Shown here one piece after another: positions 1 through 8,204 of a DNA stretch of 51,441 nucleotides (its first letter is position 1; every line of letters starts with the position of its first letter). Both the position numbers and the translations under genes were made by a program. The notes beneath the pieces are model-generated. The model saw only the letters and a program-made list of their open reading frames with translations, was not told the origin of the DNA and made no database searches. The DNA is taken from assembly GCA_020350365.1 (NCBI GenBank), contig CP070712.1, positions 64,812 through 116,252 of the forward strand, read 5' to 3'. The DNA is from Thermoplasmatales archaeon. GTDB taxonomy: Archaea; Thermoplasmatota; E2; DHVEG-1.

Positions 1-2
1 CA

Positions 3-245
3 AGTACTGGATATTCATTCTTAAATTCAGTAACTATAAGACTAAACGGAACAATTCTTGATGAAACAGGTATTAACGTAGGAAATACAGGTTGGGATAT
101 TGGTGAAAGCTTGTTTATTGGTGATGTAATACCTGTAATAGATGATCTCAGTTCAGATGTCACTCAACTTGGTGTTGGAGATTATTCAATAACTGTTACA
201 ATTATTAAAACAGTAATTTACGATGATATTGTAACTGTAATATGA
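3..245 (+). CDS. C-terminal fragment of a surface protein, possibly archaeal pilin-like (5' truncated by window)
   Basis: Open frame from the window edge, STGYSFLNSVTIRLNG...GWDIGESLFIG...YSITVTIIKTVIYDDIVTVI*. It is beta-rich, and WxxGExL resembles archaeal pilin C-termini. Not in the ORF track. Confidence 0.55.
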   Translation, partial: STGYSFLNSVTIRLNGTILDETGINVGNTGWDIGESLFIGDVIPVIDDLSSDVTQLGVGDYSITVTIIKTVIYDDIVTVI

Positions 246-349
246 AGTTACAATAGATAATATAGTTTATTCATAATTCATTTTATTAGTAACATGTATA
301 AATCAATTATAGAAGGGATTTCCTCTTTTTATGTGGTAATTTGATAAAT

Positions 350-1129
350 TTAGAGTATTAAAAGGCTGAGTGCCATAATAAACATTCCAATAACAATACC
401 TAATATTGCACAATGACCTGATTCATATCTATGAGCTACAGGTACAAGTTCGTCAACTGATATATAGACCATAATTCCTGCAACAAATGCTAGAAGAAAT
501 GCAATAGTATTATCAGATAGGAAAGGAAGTAAAATTAGAAGACCAACTACTGCTGCGACAGGTTCAGCAACACCAGACAAAAAAGAATAAAAGAATGCCT
601 TTCTTTTGTCCCCTGTTGCATAATATATTGGCATTGAAACAGAAATTCCTTCTGGAATATTATGAATTGCAATTGCTAAGGCAATTATTGCTCCTAATTT
701 GACATCACTTAAAGATGTTCCAAATGTTGCAAGCCCTTCAGGAAAATTATGAATTCCTACCGCTAGTGCAGTAAGAAGTCCAACCCTTAACAAAGATTTA
801 TCTTTCCCAATCTTTCCTTTTATTTCCATACCTTTGAATGCATGGGGGTTTTCAGCTTCTGGAATTAATAAATCAATAATTCCTATTACAATGATACCTG
901 CAAAAAATGCATAAAGTCCAATTATTTCACCAATTGTAATAAAAGCCTCAGGAAGAAGCTCAACAAAGGAAACATAGATCATAACGCCAGCAGACAGTCC
1001 CAGTGAAAAACAGAGATAACTAGTTCTTGGTTTCTTTATAAAATAAGCAATGGTACTACCAATTCCTGTGGAAAGACCTGCTATAGTTGTTAATAACAAT
1101 GCAATTATAATGTTACCAGATATTTCCAT
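350..1129 (-). CDS. zupT: ZIP-family zinc/divalent metal transporter ZupT
   Basis: About 8 hydrophobic segments, with the ZIP signatures HNFPEG and HNIPEG and DELVP near the C-terminus. Confidence 0.93.
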   Translation of the reverse strand: MEISGNIIIALLLTTIAGLSTGIGSTIAYFIKKPRTSYLCFSLGLSAGVMIYVSFVELLPEAFITIGEIIGLYAFFAGIIVIGIIDLLIPEAENPHAFKGMEIKGKIGKDKSLLRVGLLTALAVGIHNFPEGLATFGTSLSDVKLGAIIALAIAIHNIPEGISVSMPIYYATGDKRKAFFYSFLSGVAEPVAAVVGLLILLPFLSDNTIAFLLAFVAGIMVYISVDELVPVAHRYESGHCAILGIVIGMFIMALSLLIL

Positions 1130-1296
1130 AGATTCCCCAGAGAAAATAACAGAATCATTATTTAAATATACTTATTAAATATAATTAATTGGATGTTTTA
1201 ACTAGTAATTTCCTGTTTAGTGTTATTGAAAAATATAACATTAGAGCAACAATTTTATATTACTTATTTATAAATATTAATATATTGGGTAAATAA

Positions 1297-2664
1297 ATGC
1301 ATGATAATATCCTTAAAAAATTATTGATCATAGGAATTTTCATATTGTTTGTTTTAGCAAGTACTATAACAAGTATCGGTGTAAAATATAATTCAAATCA
1401 AATTCTTCCGTTTGGAGATCCTTATTTTATATTGCTTAGTGACTACACTGATGGTGCTGGAGATGAAAATTTGTGGGCACTTCAACTCAGGTTTGACATT
1501 GACCTCGGTGTCGTTGAAAGTGAATTTGATAATAAATCCTTACCTCTTATTACTGATCAATGGGTGGAAATAAGAATTTACATAGACCTTAACAATGACT
1601 GGATGGAGATATATTATAATGGTGAACTATTGCACCAGAAGCTGTGGTCAGCAGGTCCTGATAACACAGGCCAGGGAATAGTAAACCTTAGTGCAGTAAA
1701 TCTGTTTAGCGACCTGCGAACTGCTGTTTACTTTGATGATTTAACCATTGAGGAGGTTGGAGGTGGGATTATCTGGTCAGATAACTTTGATTCGTACGAG
1801 GATGGAAGTTCCATTCACGGACAGGGTGGATGGAAAGGGTGGGATAACAATTCAGAATATTCTGCATATATCAGATCTCTTAAGAATCGGAGTTCTCCAA
1901 ATTCCTTAGAAATTAAAGCATTTTCAGATATTGTTCATGAATATTTTGGCAATTATTCAGGTGAGTTTGTCTATACTGCATGGATGTTTTTCCCAGAAAA
2001 CATAAAACCATACAGACCAGATATCAAAGGTCCTGAAAGCGGTGGTGTTGGAACTAAATATGATTATATATTTGATTCTATTGACCCTAATGGAGATGAT
2101 GTATACTACTATGTTGATTGGGGTGATGGTGAGGTTGTAGAATGGATTGGACCTTACGGCTCTGGTGAGGAAGTAAAAATTGATCATTTTTGGTCTGAGA
2201 AAGGTGAATATGAAATAAGGGCAAAGGCAAGAGATGCTCTCGATCTTGAAAGCGAATGGTCTGATCCTTTTTATGTTACTATTAGTAATCCACCCGCTGC
2301 ACCAGAAATTGATGGTCCACCAAGGGTGAGGGTAAACAAAGAGTATGAATTCAATTTTTACACAGTTGATCCTGATGGAGACGATGTAAAGTATTTTATT
2401 GACTGGGGTGATGGATATTACGGAGAAACTTATTTCTATCCTTCCGGCTCAAACATAAAGATAAAACATATTTGGTCAACTAAAGGTAACTTCACAATAA
2501 AGGCAAAAGCAATAGATGTTTACAATGCAGAAAGCAATTGGTCAAGTCTTGAGATAATTGTTCCTAAAGCAATAGAATCTTATTTCAACCTTAAAATCCT
2601 AAGTTGGCTTTATGAACTATCACCAAATGTTTTTAGAATAATTAAATACCTGTTTGGATTATGA
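1297..2664 (+). CDS. Secreted protein: jelly-roll-like domain + 2 PKD domains + conserved C-terminal tail
   Basis: Signal peptide. The N-domain is paralogous to that of 43872..45866. Two DPxGD-x-YxxDWGDG PKD repeats. Tail VPKAIES...YELSPNVFRIIKYLFGL. Confidence 0.85.
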   Translation: MHDNILKKLLIIGIFILFVLASTITSIGVKYNSNQILPFGDPYFILLSDYTDGAGDENLWALQLRFDIDLGVVESEFDNKSLPLITDQWVEIRIYIDLNNDWMEIYYNGELLHQKLWSAGPDNTGQGIVNLSAVNLFSDLRTAVYFDDLTIEEVGGGIIWSDNFDSYEDGSSIHGQGGWKGWDNNSEYSAYIRSLKNRSSPNSLEIKAFSDIVHEYFGNYSGEFVYTAWMFFPENIKPYRPDIKGPESGGVGTKYDYIFDSIDPNGDDVYYYVDWGDGEVVEWIGPYGSGEEVKIDHFWSEKGEYEIRAKARDALDLESEWSDPFYVTISNPPAAPEIDGPPRVRVNKEYEFNFYTVDPDGDDVKYFIDWGDGYYGETYFYPSGSNIKIKHIWSTKGNFTIKAKAIDVYNAESNWSSLEIIVPKAIESYFNLKILSWLYELSPNVFRIIKYLFGL

Positions 2665-2775
2665 TTTAAATCAATTTTTTGGTGTTTTAACTTTTTTTTT
2701 CATTTCAGATATTTTTTTATGGTTGATTCTCATTGGGGGTTTAGAAAAAACAATTTGTTGGGGTAAGGAAATAAT

Positions 2776-2892
2776 ATGATTTGTAAAATCTGTGGATTGA
2801 ATCAAACCTATAACTTTGATGGAGTTTGTGACGACTGTAAGTTCTCAATAATTAGCAATGAGGAAATGCCGCCTGTCTTTCAAAATAACTAA
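2776..2892 (+). CDS. 38-aa CxxC-x11-CxxC zinc-finger microprotein
   Basis: MICKICGLNQTYNFDGVCDDCKFSIISNEEMPPVFQNN*, with purine-rich RBS GGGGTAAGG upstream. A diverged copy lies immediately downstream. Not in the ORF track. Confidence 0.7.
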   Translation: MICKICGLNQTYNFDGVCDDCKFSIISNEEMPPVFQNN

Positions 2893-2960
2893 ATTTAATA
2901 TTTTTTTAAAAGAGCTTAATTTATTTTTCATTGATTCTTAAATTGAGGCAGGATGAGAAT

Positions 2961-3050
2961 TTGATTTGTAAGATATTTAATGTAAACTAAACAAAAAATC
3001 CTTTTAATGTTTGTGATGATTGTAAGTTTTCTATAATAAAAAATGATGAT
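2961..3050 (+). pseudogene. Degenerate tandem copy of the 2776..2892 microprotein
   Basis: TTG-ICKIFNVN*TKNPFNVCDDCKFSIIKNDD aligns without gaps to the upstream gene. There is an in-frame TAA at 2988-2990 (Gln position) and the second Cys is replaced by Phe. Confidence 0.7.
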
Positions 3051-3148
3051 ATACAGCTTAATATTAAAACTAATAATTATAATAATTTTCATTTTCAAAA
3101 CAAAACTTTATCAATACTATTTTGATACATAACTTGAGGAGATGGTAG

Positions 3149-3991
3149 ATGAAGAATAAAATCAATAAGTTTGATAATATCTTTAATTGTCCAAAATGCA
3201 ATAAGACTCTTTGGCATCCTTTAAAACTTAAGGATGGAACAAAGGTATGTCAGAATTGCTATGAAAAATGTATACATGTAGAAAATGAAAAAACAGCAGT
3301 GGACCAAGTATATAATGAATCAATTGCTAAAACATTGATCGATAAAGGTTTATCTGAACTTATATTTAATTTTTTTGAAAAAAAATATAACTTTAATCCC
3401 TCTCAAGAGGAACTAAAAAAACTATGGAAACTTATTACGAATAAATATGATATAGAAATTGAATATGATTCTTTTTTCAATATAATTAAAAGTATCTATG
3501 AGTCCCATAGGGAAACAAAGGATCTGGAATATTTTGAAAAGGATTTAATACCTACTCCTCCGCCTTCACCTCCTCCTGAGGAAAAACCTAACTATATTTG
3601 CGAAATCTGTAAATCAAGAATTGATAAAGAAACCTATGATTTTTCAGTTAAGGTTTTTGACAAATCATTATGTATAAATCATCAGGGCACAAAACACCCT
3701 AGAAATCTATTTGTCGCATTGAAAAAAAGAGGAGTTCCATGCGAGTTTGAGGTCTATGATGGATATAAATACGTTGATATCGCAATCCATGACATCAAGC
3801 TTTATATTGAAGTTGGTGAGACCCTTATTACCTCAAATCCCAAACAATTCCTCGATGACCTGAAAAATGATAGGTTCTCAAGTCAGGGTGTTTATCAGAC
3901 AAGAAGGATAAGTAGTGAATCCATTGATAAGTATCTTGATGAAATTGCAGATACCTTAAAAGAGGTTTATAATAAAACAGTAAATGGTTAG
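3149..3991 (+). CDS. Zinc-ribbon protein with C-terminal DUF559/Vsr-like endonuclease fold (possibly inactive)
   Basis: CPKC...CQNC, a poly-Pro linker, CEIC...CINH, then YVDIAIHDIKLYIEVGE...DDLKND...QTRRIS, resembling DUF559. Confidence 0.6.
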   Translation: MKNKINKFDNIFNCPKCNKTLWHPLKLKDGTKVCQNCYEKCIHVENEKTAVDQVYNESIAKTLIDKGLSELIFNFFEKKYNFNPSQEELKKLWKLITNKYDIEIEYDSFFNIIKSIYESHRETKDLEYFEKDLIPTPPPSPPPEEKPNYICEICKSRIDKETYDFSVKVFDKSLCINHQGTKHPRNLFVALKKRGVPCEFEVYDGYKYVDIAIHDIKLYIEVGETLITSNPKQFLDDLKNDRFSSQGVYQTRRISSESIDKYLDEIADTLKEVYNKTVNG

Positions 3992-4070
3992 AGGAGAAAA
4001 AAAGTAAAAGTAAAATATTAACTTTTGTTACCATTATAAGATAGAACCAAGAAATTTTCTACTGATATCA

Positions 4071-5267
4071 ATGTCAATTGACCTTTCAGCCCAAAAAAAA
4101 TTTAAATATATACTCTTCACAAGCCTTTATTTTTCAGAAGGATTGTACCAGGCATTGATTCTAATTGTTACCCCTATCTATCTGATTGAAAAGGGTATTT
4201 CTTTACCACTGGTTACCTTAATTGCTGGCATTGGATATCTTCCTTGGGGACTAAAATTTGTATGGGGAGGAATCATTGATTTTTTTCATAAACATGGGCG
4301 AAAAAAGTTTGCTGTAGTTGGAACGATTGCAGGAGCCTTTGGTTTTTTTATTCTTTCTTTAATCGATCAATCTTTTTCAATTATATTTTTCACTTTATTT
4401 CTTTTGCTTGGATATGTAGGTATTGGCTTTCTTGATTCAGCTGCTGATGCCTGGGCAATTGATATATCAAAAAAAGAGGAACGCGGTAAAATTAATTGTT
4501 CTATGATTATTGGTAAATGGGTAGGTCAATATATTGGTGCACTCATAATTATATCTATTGCAGTTTCTTTTGGTTATAGTATCTCCTTTTTGGTATCTGG
4601 ATTATTGGTTCTTGTTTTAGTTATTGTTCCAATCAGCGTTAAATATGAGGATAGAAAGATTCATCAATTGCGGATATGGAAGTTGATTAGAACAGAATTC
4701 AAGAAAATAACAACAAAACTAACAACTCTTTATTTCTTAATAATCGTTCTTCAACATGCATTGTTTTTTACCTTTCTTGTTTTATATTTGAAGGTGGTCT
4801 TGGATCTTGATGATACCTATATTGGCATATTATTTGCATTATGGTTGGTTGTTGTTGTACCTGGATCTATTATAGGAGGTGTTCTTTCTGATAAATTTGG
4901 CAGGAAACGACCACTTTACTTCTTTTTAGTTTTGGTTTTGATTTTTTCAATAACACCTATATTTTTATCTGATTTTATTCATCTCATTATAAATTTCAGT
5001 ATCTTACTTTTTTTCTTGAATGGTGTAATTTCGGGGAATTGGGCAATGATTATGGATATAATAAACCCGAAAATAAGTGCATCTCAACATGAGATAATTT
5101 GCTCGATTGTCAATTTTGGAAGTATTATCATTGGTTCAGCGACAGGAACTCTTTTTGTAGTATTAGGTGCTGATAATATATTTATCCTAGTTGCATTACT
5201 AACTCTTCTTTCTATAATGATTTTGTATACAATAAAAGGTCTTGATAATATGAAATGGAACACTTAG
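4071..5267 (+). CDS. MFS transporter (AmpG/RhtX-like)
   Basis: About 12 TM segments, with LYFSEGL, PWGLKFVWG, DSAADAWAID and the MFS motif GVLSDKFGRK. Confidence 0.85.
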   Translation: MSIDLSAQKKFKYILFTSLYFSEGLYQALILIVTPIYLIEKGISLPLVTLIAGIGYLPWGLKFVWGGIIDFFHKHGRKKFAVVGTIAGAFGFFILSLIDQSFSIIFFTLFLLLGYVGIGFLDSAADAWAIDISKKEERGKINCSMIIGKWVGQYIGALIIISIAVSFGYSISFLVSGLLVLVLVIVPISVKYEDRKIHQLRIWKLIRTEFKKITTKLTTLYFLIIVLQHALFFTFLVLYLKVVLDLDDTYIGILFALWLVVVVPGSIIGGVLSDKFGRKRPLYFFLVLVLIFSITPIFLSDFIHLIINFSILLFFLNGVISGNWAMIMDIINPKISASQHEIICSIVNFGSIIIGSATGTLFVVLGADNIFILVALLTLLSIMILYTIKGLDNMKWNT

Positions 5268-6271
5268 AATGTATGACCACGACAGAGCGGGTCTTTATTT
5301 TTTAATATTTCAGGGACCATGAAGTTATATTTAAATACATTATAAGCACTAAAAAAATGATAATCATTTATTGAATTTGGAAAAGTTGTGGATAGATTCT
5401 CTATTATTGTTCGTAATTCTTGCATGTTTTTTAGGAGCAGTGTGAAATGAAGGTCCATATCCAGGTTTATGAATTTGAATCTGCGAATTAAATTAGGATT
5501 TTTACGCATATGTTCTATTATTTGATTTTTTTTACTATAATCTCTGAGACTAATTCTGAGATGAAAGAATCTATAGCCTAGTTTTGACCAATCGATATTT
5601 ATTGTATATAAACCTATGATTAATTCTTGTTCTAGTTTTTTTATCCTGTAATTGATGGTACTTACCGTTGATTTCAGCTTATTTGCAATATTTTTTGTTG
5701 AAATCCTGGCATTGTTTGAGAGTTCCTTTAATATTTTAAAATCCAATTCATCAATACAATAAAGTTTTTGTCCCCATATCCAGTTAATCAACATTTTTTT
5801 TGGCATGTCTTTTATCAAAAAAGAATAGTTATAGAACTCCCCTCTAAAAAAGAAATATGAGGATTGAAAGGAAAGATAAGAATAGAACTTTCCTCTAATA
5901 TCATCTAATAATTTTTCAAATTGTTGAGGTCTTCCCATATAGAAATCTGATTGGAGGTCATTGATTCCCTCGACAAGACTCACATACATTGTATGATTGT
6001 GTTTGATAAAAAAATCAAGGATTTCTTGTTTTATTTTTGGATTTATGTTAATGAATTTATAATGGGTTTGCATCAATGAATAACCTAATCTTTCGAAATT
6101 TATTATTATTGAAAAATTCATGATTATTTTATTTTTAAGCATTCTTTTTATCCTATAGGATGCAAGTTCTTTTGATATTCCGACTTTCTTTCCAAGACTT
6201 TTTAGGGATTGCCTGGAATTTTGTGTTAAATAAAACAATATCTTTTTGTCTTTTACATCAAGATCATACAT
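5264..6271 (-). CDS. Tandem (double) Lrp/AsnC transcriptional regulator
   Basis: Two wHTH+RAM units, LDVKDKKIL...NSRQSL...YRIKRM and DELDFKIL...NARIS...YRIKKL. Confidence 0.88.
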   Translation of the reverse strand: MYDLDVKDKKILFYLTQNSRQSLKSLGKKVGISKELASYRIKRMLKNKIIMNFSIIINFERLGYSLMQTHYKFININPKIKQEILDFFIKHNHTMYVSLVEGINDLQSDFYMGRPQQFEKLLDDIRGKFYSYLSFQSSYFFFRGEFYNYSFLIKDMPKKMLINWIWGQKLYCIDELDFKILKELSNNARISTKNIANKLKSTVSTINYRIKKLEQELIIGLYTINIDWSKLGYRFFHLRISLRDYSKKNQIIEHMRKNPNLIRRFKFINLDMDLHFTLLLKNMQELRTIIENLSTTFPNSINDYHFFSAYNVFKYNFMVPEILKNKDPLCRGHTF

Positions 6272-6406
6272 ATTTTTTTCACAAAATGATGGTATTTTCT
6301 TATATTTTAATTTTTTGTTAAAAAACAGCGTCAGAGGTTTAATATTTTACATATTAAATAGTTGGAACGTAAACTTCCACCTTTAACCATGGGAGGAGAA
6401 AGGATA

Positions 6407-6440
6407 GAGGAAAACCTCATGAAATATTGAGGTTTTTCTC
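6407..6440. other. Stem-loop in the Lrp divergent intergenic region
   Basis: GAGGAAAACCTCA-N8-TGAGGTTTTTCTC forms a 13-bp stem with one G-U pair. Confidence 0.5.
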
Positions 6441-6480
6441 AAAAAATCAATATCTATTAAAACTTTAAGGTGTAAAAAAG

Positions 6481-6702
6481 ATGGAAAATATCCTTCAAAA
6501 TGCAACTATAATTCTGAAAAACGGACAAAAACAACTTTCTGATGCTGCAGTTATAACTGATAAAGGTATCTATATTGGTGTAATAAGCAAAAAAAATGAT
6601 GGAACAGATGAATTCGAGGAACATTCATTTGTCCCTAATGATCAAATTGAAAAGATCTCATTTATAAATAAAGAAGGAAAACAAATAGAAATTGATTTTT
6701 GA
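6481..6702 (+). CDS. Small hypothetical protein (beta-rich, Sm/SH3-like?)
   Basis: 73-aa ORF with AGGTG RBS, co-oriented 30 bp before the Ntn hydrolase. Confidence 0.7.
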   Translation: MENILQNATIILKNGQKQLSDAAVITDKGIYIGVISKKNDGTDEFEEHSFVPNDQIEKISFINKEGKQIEIDF

Positions 6703-6732
6703 AAAAAATTAAACATTGGAGGAAGGAAAAAA

Positions 6733-7965
6733 ATGAAAATAAAAATATTTGTAATGACGCTGTTGATAACAATCGTTCTGATGACTGCAAGCGTTGTTTC
6801 TGCTTGTACAGGCTTTAATGCTTCTGAAGAAGATAATGTTTTAGTTGGTATCAATTTTGATTGGTCAAGAAATTTTGATGTATACATGAATGTTTACCCA
6901 GAAGCTGAAGGTAAATATGGAAGAATAATATTTGACATTTGGTGGCCATGGTTTGGTTTTGATTACACTCTTCCAATCCAGGGAATGAACGATCAAGGTT
7001 TATTTGTAGATACTTATATTACTCCAAGTCATACAGTTGATTATAGTGGAAATCCATTTTTTGAAAGTGGTGATCCTGAGTATTATAATTTTTCCCTATG
7101 GGCATATTGTCTAGCAAAATGTTCAACTATCTCAGAAGTTTTAGATGTATATCTCAATCAATATGATCAATTTTGGCCTGATGGGATATCTCAGGGTCAA
7201 GTGATGTTTGTTGATAGTAATGGAGATTCAATTATAATTGAAGATTATGATACAATAATTTTCAAAGGAGGAAATTTCCAGGTAGTTACAAACTTTTTAC
7301 AAAGTCAGCCGGAATTAGGTGGTTATCCATGTTGGAGGTATGATACTGCAGTAAGTATGCTTGAGAATATGACTGAACTATCTGTTGACTATTTCAGTGA
7401 GATTTGTGATGCAACAAATCTACCGACGACAATTTATTCAAATGTTTATGATCTGATTTTGGAGAAGATGTATATCTATTATAATAATGATTACACAAAA
7501 TACTTGGAGATTGACTTAAATGAGGAGCTTGCCAATGGAGCAAGTAGAGTTTTACTTGGTACTCTTTTTGATTTTGAGGAAAATGAACCTCCATATAAGT
7601 CAGAAATCCCTGATGGACCTACCACAGGTGTTCCTGAAATATATTATTTGTATAAATGTAATAGGACAAGTGACCCTGACGGAGATAGAGTTATGTATCT
7701 CTTTGATTGGGGTGATGAATCTGATTCCGGATGGATTTATACGGCAAGTAACATTGTTGAGGCAGAGCATAAATGGAATGACACTGGAAAATATCAAGTG
7801 AGGTTTAAGTCAATGGATATCTATGGTAGGGAAAGCGAATGGTCTGATTCATTATTAGTAAATATTCCAAGACCAAGAAGTGTACATCACCCATTTTTAT
7901 ACAGATTGTTTGAGAGGTTTCCAAATATCTTCCCCATAATTAGGTACCTGCTTGGATTTGACTGA
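6733..7965 (+). CDS. Secreted Cys-Ntn hydrolase (C59/C45-like) + PKD + conserved tail
   Basis: Signal peptide ending VSA|CTGF (N-terminal nucleophile Cys), GINFD, QGMNDQGL, VTNF. Tail IPRPR...ERFPNIFPIIRYLLGFD. Confidence 0.85.
   Translation: MKIKIFVMTLLITIVLMTASVVSACTGFNASEEDNVLVGINFDWSRNFDVYMNVYPEAEGKYGRIIFDIWWPWFGFDYTLPIQGMNDQGLFVDTYITPSHTVDYSGNPFFESGDPEYYNFSLWAYCLAKCSTISEVLDVYLNQYDQFWPDGISQGQVMFVDSNGDSIIIEDYDTIIFKGGNFQVVTNFLQSQPELGGYPCWRYDTAVSMLENMTELSVDYFSEICDATNLPTTIYSNVYDLILEKMYIYYNNDYTKYLEIDLNEELANGASRVLLGTLFDFEENEPPYKSEIPDGPTTGVPEIYYLYKCNRTSDPDGDRVMYLFDWGDESDSGWIYTASNIVEAEHKWNDTGKYQVRFKSMDIYGRESEWSDSLLVNIPRPRSVHHPFLYRLFERFPNIFPIIRYLLGFD
7864..7965 (+). repeat. Exemplar of the conserved C-terminal tail (14 copies in the window)
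   Basis: IPRPRSVHHPFLYRLFERFPNIFPIIRYLLGFD. Homologous tails end the genes whose stop codons lie at 2664, 9794, 11877, 14668, 18810, 21992, 26366, 31912, 36120, 41323, 43872, 46026 and 50593. Confidence 0.92.
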
Positions 7966-7995
7966 GGTCAAATCCTTCTCTCTCTTTCTTCTTTT
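7954..7995 (+). terminator. Hairpin over the stop codon followed by a pyrimidine tract
   Basis: GGATTTGAC-TGAG-GTCAAATCC (9-bp perfect stem), then TTCTCTCTCTTTCTTCTTTT. Confidence 0.65.
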
Positions 7996-8204
7996 AGATA
8001 GTTGAACACTTCTTTTGCGTCAGATGAGAGTATCACTCTTATTATTAAACTCTTATCAATATCAAATTTGTTAAATGGGATTCTAGAAGAATAATAAATC
8101 TCTAATAATTTTTCCAATTTTTACAATAAAAATTTACATTTGTACAATTTTTTAATGAAAACTGTTATATTAACAATAAAATATTAAAAAAATTGTTAGA
8201 TAAT

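Noticed and set aside
2651..2675. Stop-spanning hairpins at 2664 and 50593
   Set aside because: Only 3-4 bp or bulged stems, too weak to count with the five clear cases.
2988..2990. TAA stop-codon reassignment
   Set aside because: TAA terminates many genes normally, and the same copy has also lost a Cys, so a pseudogene is the simpler explanation.
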